A stretch of 64,000 bases of DNA from Oopsacas minuta. Its lineage: Eukaryota; Animalia; Porifera. Shown one piece after another: positions 52,513 through 61,527 of the stretch (positions are counted from its first letter, which is position 1; each line of letters begins with the position of its first letter). The translations under genes were made by a program, and so were the position numbers. Under the pieces are notes generated by a model. The model was not told the DNA's origin. It did not search any database and saw only the letters and a list, made by a program, of their open reading frames with translations. Location: the NCBI GenBank assembly GCA_024704765.1, contig JAKMXF010000298.1:248001-312000 (forward strand), given 5' to 3'.

Positions 52513-55500
52513 ATTATAGTTGCTACAAGAGGAAGTATACTATATTTCTTGATTGTTGAGATGTCTATGGTGAATTGTATGTACCAAACATCACTGAATC
52601 AATTTCTTGATTTGTTTGACTTGTCAATGGCCAAGTAAGTACAAATTCGAATATTCAAATATTTATTTACCAATTATCCGGTGTACATAGGTCAGACCGT
52701 TCTCCGATAACAAGCAAACGTATACAAGCTATAATAGACAAGTTAACCATGGTTACATTTGTGTACGCTACACGGGGATTTTATGAAGAACACAAGTTTC
52801 TATTCACACTACTGATGACCCTCAAGATTGACATGAATCAGAAACTTATTCGACATAATGAGTTTCTAACTTTTATCAAAGGTTTGTAATGGCAAACCTA
52901 TTTGGTAGATGCCTCCACTAACAAATTACGTATTATGAATTCTACAGGTGGTGCAGCACTGGACTTAAAGACTGTAGCTCCTAAGTCAGCTAATTGGATT
53001 CTAGACATGACCTGGCTTAACTTAGTAGAACTCAGCTCTCTGCCTAGTTTCACTGAGATTCTGAATCAGGTGACTAAAGGTGATAAAATATGGAAGCAAT
53101 GGTTTGATTCAGAAGCTCCAGAAGAAGCTGTAATTCCTGATGGATATAATAACTCATTAGACACATTCAAAAAGCTCTTGCTTATAAGGTATAACAATTG
53201 ATAGTATAGCCATAGGCCAGCGGTTCCAAATCTGGGCTCTATGGACCCCTTAGTGATCCACGGGAGTCCACAGGATCTCAAAATTGGTCTCTTCTAGATC
53301 ATGGTGTCCAGATAGAGTATTGTTTCAAGCTAGAAACTTCGTAGCAGAGAGAATGGGAAAGGTGTATGCAGAAGGAGTTATTCTAGACATTGAGAAGATG
53401 TTCTACGAATCTAAGACTAGAACACCTCTGATCTGTTTCTTATCTCTTGGATCTGATCCTAGCGATTCTATTAGAGATCTTGGAAAGAAATTAAATTTTG
53501 GTAAATAATAATTAAATTCAAAACTAGCTTTATGTATTTTATTGTGTTTTAGAGTTCCGAGCTGTTAGTATGGGACAAGGTCAAGAAGTACACGCAAGAC
53601 GAGGCTTACAACAATTGATACAAGGAGTAAGTTCCTTACAATTCATTGCAATAAATATCATTCAAGGAACATGTTAACGCTTTTGATGTAATTTTTCAAT
53701 TATATATTATTGGTAATTTCTGATAAGATTACAAATTGGACCTAGCACTTCGCTGGTACCATTAGGCTATCGATTCCCAAACTGGGATCTTGGACCCCTT
53801 TGAGTTCCTGTGGGAGGCCACAGGATCTCAAAATTTGTATTGTAGTCTATAGGAGGGTGTCCACGGGGCGAAAAGGTTGGAAACCACACATTGGTCATTG
53901 ATTAAATCGAAACAATATACTTTCCTTAAAACACAATGAAATTATAGGGTGGATGGATGTTATTACAGAACTGTCATCTGTGTATTGACTTCCTTGAAGA
54001 GGTCCTGGAAATTGTTCTAGAAACCCAAACAGTACATGATGATTTCCGTCTCTGGATAACTTCAGAAGTAAATCCAGAATTCTCAATCAATCTATTACAG
54101 ATTTGTATAAAATTCACTTTTGATCCACCTCGTGGGATACGAGCTGGTCTCAAACGAACATACACAAACATCTCACAAGATCAATTGGAAGTATCAAACT
54201 TATCGCAATGGAAACCTATGTTGTACGCTCTCTCATTCATGCATTCAACCGTACAAGAACGTAGAAAATTTGGTGCTATTGGCTGGAATATTCCTTATGA
54301 ATATAATCAATCAGATTTCAATGCTACAATGCAGTTTATTCAAAATCATTTAGATGATATGGACCTCAAAAAGGTAAGGAAAACTTCAGCGATAATTTTG
54401 GAATTCTTAACGTGAAGAAAGTGGAAATTTCGAATTTTTCGGGAATTGAGTAAAACGTAGTTTGGTGTTCTCGTAACGCATATGACGTAATTGGTTATTA
54501 TAAAATGACCGATTCTTTATTAAAAAAGTTTAAATTTAATCCTCAATACTTATTATAGGGACCCTCGTGGGGAACAGTTCGCTACATGATTGGAGAAATC
54601 CAATATGGAGGAAGAGTAACTGACGATTTTGATAAATTTCTACTTAATGTATTTGCCAAGGTAATTTTGTATATTTTGTATTCAAACTTTGGAAATGTTC
54701 TTTACGATAATTTCTATTTTTAGCATTGGTTTTGTGAAGAAATGTTCAGACCTAATTTTGAATTCTACAAAAAATACGGTATTCACGTTTGTAAGACAAT
54801 CAAAGAGTATTTGGAAACAATAGAGAAGTTATCTCCTGTTGATTCTCCAGAAGTATTTGGTCTTCACAAGAATGCAGATATCACGTAAGGGCGAATTTGT
54901 ATTATTTGATTAATCATAAGGAATGTAGATAGTATAAATCTTGATCATATGATGATTCATGTTTTGGTCCTTTTTACTCCAATTTCAAATAACTTGAGAT
55001 ATTCTAATACAGCGGATGCGAAATACCAACCTGCCTTTGGTGTTGCACGGACAACTATTGGGAAAAGTGGATCCACAGACTGTGTTAAGATTAGTATAGG
55101 GGGTCAAAAGTGAAAAGGTTGAGAAATTATTTTCTAACGGCTAGTCAGCTGTAACCGCGAGTGACAAATAACTTCCAAGCGCACTACTTATCAGCTGACA
55201 GAATATTTGTATACATTTACGAATACATTCTCCTCTCCTTATTTAGATACCAGACGTCCACAGCAAAACTAATGCTGGATACTATCTTAAATGTCCAGCC
55301 TAAAGATAGTAGCAGTGGAGGAGGAGAGACAAGAGAATCTATTGTGTACAGACTAGCTGAAGACATGCTTAAGAAACTACCTCCGAATTTCCTAGCTCAC
55401 GAGGTAATCATAATTTGTATGAAAAGAATATTAATACGAAAATATATTTAATTCTATAAAATAGGTAAAAGAACAAATGCAAAAGATGGGTAGATTACAG

Positions 55501-56920
55501 CCCTTGAATATTTTCCTGCGTCAGGAAATTGATCGTATGCAACGAGTATTGAGTGTAGTTAGAAGCACTCTTACAGACTTACGATTAGCTATTGAAGGAA
55601 CAATCATTATGAGCGAAGTAAGAGAAATCAATTTATTCACCAATCATAATGTATAATATTTTCATTGTCTATTTATAGAATTTGAGAGAAGCATTGAACT
55701 CCATGTATGATGCTAGAATACCCGGTACATGGAGAAAGGTGAGTTGTGTATTCACACGCCGAAATATGGATAATGGAATGCTGTATAGAGTGAGAAATAC
55801 ATTGTGAAGTTCTTACGAATACAATTCCAGTAACATTTTCGATTTAGAAGTTAGATTTTGATGTGAATTATTTGACAGGTATCATGGGATTCGAGTACAC
55901 TTGGATTTTGGTTCACAGAGCTCCTGGAGAGGAACACACAATTCCGTAGCTGGTGCTTTGAAGGCAGACCTAAGGTATTCTGGATGACAGGCTTCTTTAA
56001 TGCTCAAGGATTTCTCACAGCAATGAAACAGGTAAACACACAATAAACTATAGAAATTCCCCATTTTAAAATTGTTCGATTTAATTAGGAAGTTACTCGA
56101 GCGCATAAAGGTTGGGCTCTTGATTCAGTAGTGCTACACAACGATGTAATAAAAATGTCTAAAGATGAGATAGATGAAGCTCCAGGAGAAGGTGTATACG
56201 TGTATGGACTGTACATTGATGGAGCAGGTTGGGATAAGAAGAATTCTCGTCTAGCTGAGCAACAGAATAAGGTTTATTCAATACCGTATTTATGTACAGT
56301 CAATCCCGTTATGGCCCCATAATAATTAACGTGAATAAAGAGGCTACCAGTCCCGTGGCTGTGTTTTTAGATTTTGGTAAATAATAAGCAGAGTGTCCCA
56401 ATCTCGTTTTTTGTTTATTCCTACGATTCCTTTATAACTCAAGTTATTTTCATAAAATTTAAGTTACAAATAGAAACCCCAAGGATTCCCCGATTCCGTT
56501 CCTATGCGTTCGTTTTCAACTAATTAAACTTTATTTAGAAGCCTTTACATTTTTTTAGTCAGTCAACTCCTGCTCATATCTGATTCATAAATTGTACAAA
56601 TATGGCTCAGACAAAGTAATGTATATTTCATCGGTCATATAGAAGTAATTATCGCGGTCCCTTGAGCTTCGAAATAACAGGAGTTGACTGTACAATTAAC
56701 CTAATCTCTCCAATAGGTACTATTCGTTAACATGCCAGTACTACACTTATTCGCTATACAGCATTCAGGAGATAGAGATCCTAAGATATACTACTGTCCT
56801 GTATATAAGAAACCCAGACGTACAGATCTAACTTATATAACTACTGTATTACTGAAGACAGTCGTGCAACCAGATCACTGGACTCTAAGAGGTGTAGCAC
56901 TTCTTTGTGACGTCAAATAA
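30847..56920 (+). CDS. DNAH5: Axonemal outer-arm dynein heavy chain, gamma type (DNAH5/DNAH8 ortholog), complete, about 56 exons
   Basis: Tail [19 protein letters not shown]; P-loops GPAGTGKT (AAA1), GPTGTGKT (AAA2), GEQGTAKT (AAA3), GVGGSGKQ (AAA4); C-terminus [31 protein letters not shown]; exons traced from ATG 30847 to TAA 56920 with GT-AG junctions in phase. Confidence 0.95.
31546..31680. mobile_element. MITE family A copy in a dynein intron
   Basis: gagtcaactcccgttatatcg ... gatataacgggagttgactg. Confidence 0.8.
36798..36895. mobile_element. Short inverted-repeat element (AGTGTTGCCGGA..TCTGGCAACATT); the internal cttgaaagttcatg is shared with a repeat at ~20560-20640
   Basis: Inverted termini plus a second partial copy. 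Confidence 0.5.
37869..38037. mobile_element. MITE family A copy
   Basis: cagtcaactcctgttatatcgaa ... ttcgatataacaggagagttgactg. Confidence 0.82.
39724..39879. mobile_element. MITE family A copy
   Basis: tagtcaactcccgttat ... cttcgatataacgggaattaactg. Confidence 0.78.
40606..40613 (+). promoter_or_regulatory. Candidate TATA box for the nested nanos gene
   Basis: TATATAAG 47 nt upstream of the nanos ATG. Confidence 0.45.
40653..41192 (+). CDS. nanos: Nanos RNA-binding protein, intronless, nested on the same strand in dynein intron 40302-41943
   Basis: Two CCHC zinc knuckles: [39 protein letters not shown]; Pro/Ser-rich N-terminus. Confidence 0.95.
   Translation: MDAYLHSPTSGLLYQAIDDVTKRSCVSSYQFGPMEPSFSPPPPATPQVFSPPPIREFNVSFTQPLSPATTQQSPVSPCEAPYTPVASPNIFSTIDFNLSIQRQRAALNRDRYKKVRFCVFCQSSKQPEQVYRSHILKDQQGRVVCPFLRSYTCPLCCANGDDAHTIKYCPLRQPTIVFT
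41499..41705. mobile_element. hAT-like MITE remnant; related pieces at ~53217-53285, ~53760-53890, ~55020-55135
   Basis: cccaaccttttcgcc..gtggaccc..caatacaaattttgagatcctgtgg is shared with the other copies. Confidence 0.65.
43191..43525. mobile_element. MITE with ~35-bp imperfect TIRs (AGGCCCCTGCCAGTTAGTGAGAAACTTGTTTCAGCTCCAC)
   Basis: Right end gtggggctgaaacaatttccaactaaccgtggcct is the approximate reverse complement of the left end; TA on both flanks. Confidence 0.65.
43982..44123. mobile_element. MITE family A copy
   Basis: TA-cagtcaactcccgt ... ttcgatataacggaacttgattg-TA. Confidence 0.78.
45139..45233. mobile_element. TA-flanked MITE (TIR CAGTAGGACTCGGATAAGAC)
   Basis: tacagtaggactcggataagac ... 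gtcttatccaagttctactgta. Confidence 0.75.
45468..45574. mobile_element. TA-flanked MITE (TIR CAGTAGACTCCG)
   Basis: tacagtagactccgcgtaatag ... ctattaaccggagtctactgta. Confidence 0.72.
46630..46787. mobile_element. MITE family A copy
   Basis: TA-cagtcaactcccgttacatcgaa ... aatataacagaagttgactg-TA. Confidence 0.8.
48687..48837. mobile_element. MITE family B copy
   Basis: TA-cagtggaacctctacaaacggg ... cccgtttgtggaggctacactg-TA. Confidence 0.85.
49584..49723. mobile_element. hAT-type MITE with a perfect 8-bp target-site duplication
   Basis: GTATAAAT at 49576-49583 and 49724-49731 flanks cagcggttttccc ... gagaaacgctg. Confidence 0.88.
50666..50817. mobile_element. MITE family A copy
   Basis: cagtcaactcccgtta ... 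ttcgatttaacgggagttgactg. Confidence 0.8.
51313..51440. repeat. CCATGG-terminated repeat family; other copies ~880-1070, ~42494-42610, ~47617-47740
   Basis: Shared ccatggatag..gatt(a/t)gtt(t)atctgctt..gatattgttctaggtcat(t/a)ttgagg segments with ATCCATG(G) inverted ends. Confidence 0.6.
52030..52257 (-). CDS. SRP9: Signal recognition particle 9 kDa subunit (75 aa), intronless, nested antisense in dynein intron 51881-52519
   Basis: [64 protein letters not shown]. Confidence 0.93.
   Translation of the reverse strand: MPYFSSWDEFAKAVEQLYLTSPNKSRFVIKYVHSKGNMVLKMTDDITCLMYKTDQLQDLKKLEKLNNTLIQLMIK
52304..52475. mobile_element. MITE family A copy immediately upstream of SRP9
   Basis: TA-cagttaactcccgttatatcgaa ... 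tataaccggagttgactg-TA. Confidence 0.85.
52479..52511. repeat. (TAT)n microsatellite
   Basis: About 10 tandem TAT units just before the dynein acceptor at 52519. Confidence 0.9.
56560..56690. mobile_element. MITE family A copy
   Basis: cagtcaactcctg ... cttcgaaataacaggagttgactg. Confidence 0.78.
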
Positions 56921-57606
56921 ATAGTCTACAGATAGGAACTCATTTTACAAGTATTTACGTATTTATACTGAATTTACGTATTTATACTGAATTTATTTCA
57001 TTTTTTCAAAACGATATTTGTGTTTTTATACCTTATTATTATTATTATTATTATTATTTATTTAGAATTGTTCCTTTCTATTAATATTACTTTTGTATAT
57101 AATTAATAATGTGGTATTTATAACGGGGGTGATACGAAAGGCTCTGGACTTAACACTAAGGACCGTTAAAAAATACAGGTGATTCGTAGAACAAGCCTGA
57201 TATTCTGAGCAGAATCTTTTAATTTTTATCAGAAAACGCAGTGGTAACAAGTAGGAGCTAGAATTTTCGCGTATTTATGATTAAACCTTATCTGACTATA
57301 TTAAATATACAATTTCTTACTAACTAAAGCAATATATAGAACTAGATGTCACTACGAGCATATATGATGAATTTGGGGTCTTAATCTCTAAAGGTTGGAA
57401 CAGAAGAGTGATTACAACAGACCATGTTCATATTGACCAGGGTACTGAAGGAGAATTAGCTATAAGTTTCTTCTATAAAACTAATGATAATTAACTCTAA
57501 ATGCTCAAATAAAATGTAGAACTAATAAAGCCAGCTACTCAAACAGATAGGAATAATCTACTCTAGATAAGACAAGCAATAATATTAATTTAATAATCTT
57601 CAAACC

Positions 57607-59548
57607 TTACAAATCCTCCTTCTCAAATACAGGATCATCCCAACTGAAATCAGATAAATCTATATCATCCTCAATAAACGGCTCTCCATCTTTCCCATCC
57701 CACGGTTGAATCTCTGATACCGTCGGTAAACCCGCGGATTGTAGGGCACTAGTACTACCCCTCCCAACTGCTATACCCCTCAACAATTCATCAATCCCAT
57801 TTTCACTGAATGCCCCCCTCAATAGCGAGTATCTAGCCTTGCGGCTATTTACAACTACAAGAGCAGGGTAGCCGAATCCACCAACTTCTAGAGCCGTCTC
57901 CAGATCTGATATCATACCCCCTTCTGACCATAACCACTCCCATCTACGCATTTTGAATTTGTCTCCCAATTCTGTAAGCATCTGTTTGGTGAGAGGAAAT
58001 CATTAAATACTTATAGTATTAAATTTGGAAATACGGTAGAGACAGGATATTTTAACAATTTTCGTGCAAATAATGTGTTTAAAATATCCATTTTCTACTG
58101 TATCAACTCACCTCTAGGTATTTATTCCTTCCCTCAGCTCCCGTATCCAGGATATGAGGCAGGAATGTAATCACACACAGTGGAGCAGCTAGACACGTAT
58201 CCAATTCATCCTGTCCAACTAGCTGTCTAACCTCTGGAGTAGACACAGAATCAGTCCATCTAGACAGACCCCATTGTACAATATCATCAGCTGTTCTTCC
58301 CCCTGAATAATCCTCTACACTGGAGGTTGTCTTAGGCCCAGCTGGAAAGAACTTAATAGTCGGATATCCTTGTACCGAGTATCGACCTGCTGTATTCTTG
58401 TGTGTAGTAGCGTCTAATGCTCCAAGATTAATTTTACCTTTTAATTCTGTAGCTGCTTTAGCCCAGTGTGGAGCTAAGTTCTTACAATGTCCGCACCATG
58501 GAGCGTAGAATTCTACTAGCCATGGTTCAACTGAAGAGAGGACCATCTTGTCGAATGTTTCATCTGATAATTCGATTACATCACTCTTTCCTTGTCCACC
58601 TTGATTTTGTTGTTGTTGTTGTTGTTGTTGACCACCTCCGCCTCCTCCCATGCGTTCCTGGACGAGATCAGCTGAAACAAATATAATGACGCCATAAAAA
58701 ATTTAGATGAAACAATATGTTTCATCAGTTGTATAGAACTCCGCTTATATTGAAATAATTATCACGTTCCCTTGAGATTCGATATAATGGGATTGACTGT
58801 ATATATTTAGGCTATACGTATACGTACTTCACTTCACTACTAACACAACTCATTACCTATTAATAACAATAGCAATTCTACTTACCAGCTTCTTTCATAG
58901 CTGCTTGCACTATAGCTTGAGCAGAACGAGCACCCTGATAGTCTTTCGGTTTATTTTTATTAGAGCCGAATATCTTAATAGTAGGAAATCCTGATATACC
59001 ATAAGGACTCCCTAGTGAAGAGTATTGATCCATATCGACAGCACCTATGATAAGCTAGATAACTATTAAGTCTAGAGTTTCACCGGTATATTCTTATAAA
59101 TTATAGAGTAGTTTTGCACGAATTTCCCTTGCTAATAGAGGAATTATTCCAATACAAAATGAACTCTAAGTCCCTGAAAAACTTTCAATGAAGCGATTGC
59201 CGAGCATTGCTAATTTGTGAACACCACTATATGATGAACTTTCGAGAAATAGAACTGAAAGGGCTAGTAAAACAAAATACAATAAAACCGCAGTTTGGTT
59301 ACATATTACATACCTACGCCTACTACTCCCTTGAGAGCAGCAGCTGCCTTCTTCCACTCAGGAGCTAGGTTCTTACAGTGTCCACACCATGGAGCGTAGA
59401 ATTCAACAAACCACATCCCTTCTCCTCCCAACACCAGCTGATTGAAATTAGTTGGCGTTAACTCTATGACATCATCAGATTTAGTGTACAGGGCTGATGT
59501 AAAACTCAGACATGAGTAGAGTATTGTAAAGTAATATAGACTATGCAT
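57607..59548 (-). CDS. PDIA6: Protein disulfide isomerase A6 (P5). Exons 59548-59314, 59044-58886, 58671-58112, 57981-57607
   Basis: Signal peptide, two [14 protein letters not shown] thioredoxin domains, b domain GIGGFGYPA-like [12 protein letters not shown], acidic tail ending KEDL. Confidence 0.95.
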
Positions 59549-60187
59549 TCTAATACGATTATACAAAAATGAATTATTCAAATCGAGAATAAATAGATCT
59601 ATTATCATATGATATTTGGAAAGAATTGATCAAGCGTACAAGGTATTAATACCAGGTTATGAAACCGTGAAATAGAATACGTATTGATAAGAACTATGAA
59701 AACTGAAAAGACCAAGGATTTTGTAGTGGTAAACCAAATATCATGAGAGACCTCCAATTAGGTACAAAGTGACTCCCTTATAAGGAGCAATACATGTTCT
59801 TACATCCAGCATAAATATGCTGGATATACTATGAGAACCGTTTTCAGAGGATGGCGCTTATAACGGGCATCCACCCTATAACTGTTTTTAGTCTTCTTTC
59901 GCGGAACGTTCCGCTTTTTTGGACGCGTATCAGTCTAGACATGTAAAATCACAACTTAAAATGACCAAATTTGATAGAAAAAAATCCAAATATTACCCCT
60001 GACCATAAATTATAAAGTATATGTATCAAATCATTGTAAGTATAATGAGAAATAAAATAGTTATTCCTAAGACAATTTACTTGATATAATCCAAATTAAG
60101 GCATGCTAACTATCTATAAATAACAAAGGTTTTACAAAGTATACATTGTTCATTAGGCTAAACAGCAGTGTTTAGGGAATGCAATGT

Positions 60188-60658
60188 CTATTTGGTGGTT
60201 ATAGCTTTAGTGCCTACAGGGATCTCATCGTCAAGGACCTTCAACACGGTCACCATGAACTGTTCCTTTTTGTCATTTTTATCAGAAATGTCTTTGCCAA
60301 TATCTCCATCAGGGAGCTTGATATCATTCCTAATTTCTCCCTGGTCGTTCATCAATGCGAGATACCCATCTTCTAAGTCGGTAAATTGGTAGTCAGTACG
60401 GCCTATCTTAGGTACATTCATATTATGAGTAGAGGGGCATATATCCTCGTATTTTTTGTTAGTGATCATGTCTAACCCAACTAGATGCACTTTAGCATGT
60501 CCATGCTTGCCGGTTTTGCTAGTAGACATCTCGACAATCTTGCAGGGATGGCCTTTGAGCATCACATGCTCGTTTTTACGTAAAGCAGAGCACTGCTTTG
60601 GGTATGTGGTAGACGCACCGGAATCTCCACTCTGAAAATCTTCATCAGTATGCGCCAT
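60188..60658 (-). CDS. EIF5A: Eukaryotic translation initiation factor 5A, intronless
   Basis: MAHTDEDFQSGDSGASTTYPKQCSALRKN, hypusine motif STSKTGKHGHAK, KKYEDICPSTHNM; ATG at 60658. Confidence 0.97.
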   Translation of the reverse strand: MAHTDEDFQSGDSGASTTYPKQCSALRKNEHVMLKGHPCKIVEMSTSKTGKHGHAKVHLVGLDMITNKKYEDICPSTHNMNVPKIGRTDYQFTDLEDGYLALMNDQGEIRNDIKLPDGDIGKDISDKNDKKEQFMVTVLKVLDDEIPVGTKAITTK

Positions 60659-61527
60659 AACTATAGTTCTAACGAAAATGGTATAAAAAATAAAGCTCGT
60701 ACTGGAGTTGAATGAATGGCAAACAGTGAAACCTGGCAATAACTATATATGTAATCACTAAGCCTACAAAACAAACGTCTAATTTTAGACTAGTTTCCAC
60801 TATCTAATTAGAAGATTAGCAAAGATGGAAACTTTATACGATATTGAATTTATTGTGTACTAATTTTAAGTTTGATTATTGAATAATCGCCTCTGGGTAA
60901 GAAAGAAGGAATAATTAAAATTCTTTAAAGTTTGTGCTATCATGAGCAGTGAATATCTCATTGTGATAATTAAATAATTGTATTTGATAACAACCCAACA
61001 CATTATCAAATACATTTACGAGTTAGAATTCTAAAAATAAACCTGTTATGAAACATTAATAAAGCTTATAAACGAGAAAAGGTTTTATGACAATTGTCAT
61101 TGCTTCACCAACGGCTTGATAATTATAGGGGACAATATCTATCAAAACACGGTACTGAATCTTTACGTAATTGGTAGAAAACCCCGTTTTAACCGAACAT
61201 AATTTCAACCTACGGCGATACTGTATTTCCCTTGAGCGCTGGGGTATTCTCTTGCGCGAAAAAATTAGGGAAATCCACGTAATTTATCATCACCAACTCG
61301 ACTGTGATTCAATTCGGACAGTGAATATCGGCCCCAACATATGACCAAATTTTTCAGTGACAACCCACAAACAAAGTTGCTAATCTAATTGATAATAATT
61401 ATGAGGTAGATTGTAATTTGTAATGGAATTTTGCACTATAATTAATTAAACAGAACTGCAGAGATAAATAATTAATAATTGATTTCATATAAATGGTAAG
61501 CAATAAATTACACTAAACTTGAGCATG

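Noticed and set aside
56953-56990. 19-bp tandem duplication ATTTACGTATTTATACTGA after the dynein stop
   Set aside because: Only two units in a 3'UTR; ordinary slippage, not an array
60659-60739. N-terminal extension of eIF5A in the ORF track
   Set aside because: Non-ATG start; the conserved protein begins at ATG 60658
61295-61304. AACTCGACTG matching part of U1 snRNA
   Set aside because: Only 10 nt; no U1 5' end (ATACTTACCTG), stem-loops or Sm site in the right context
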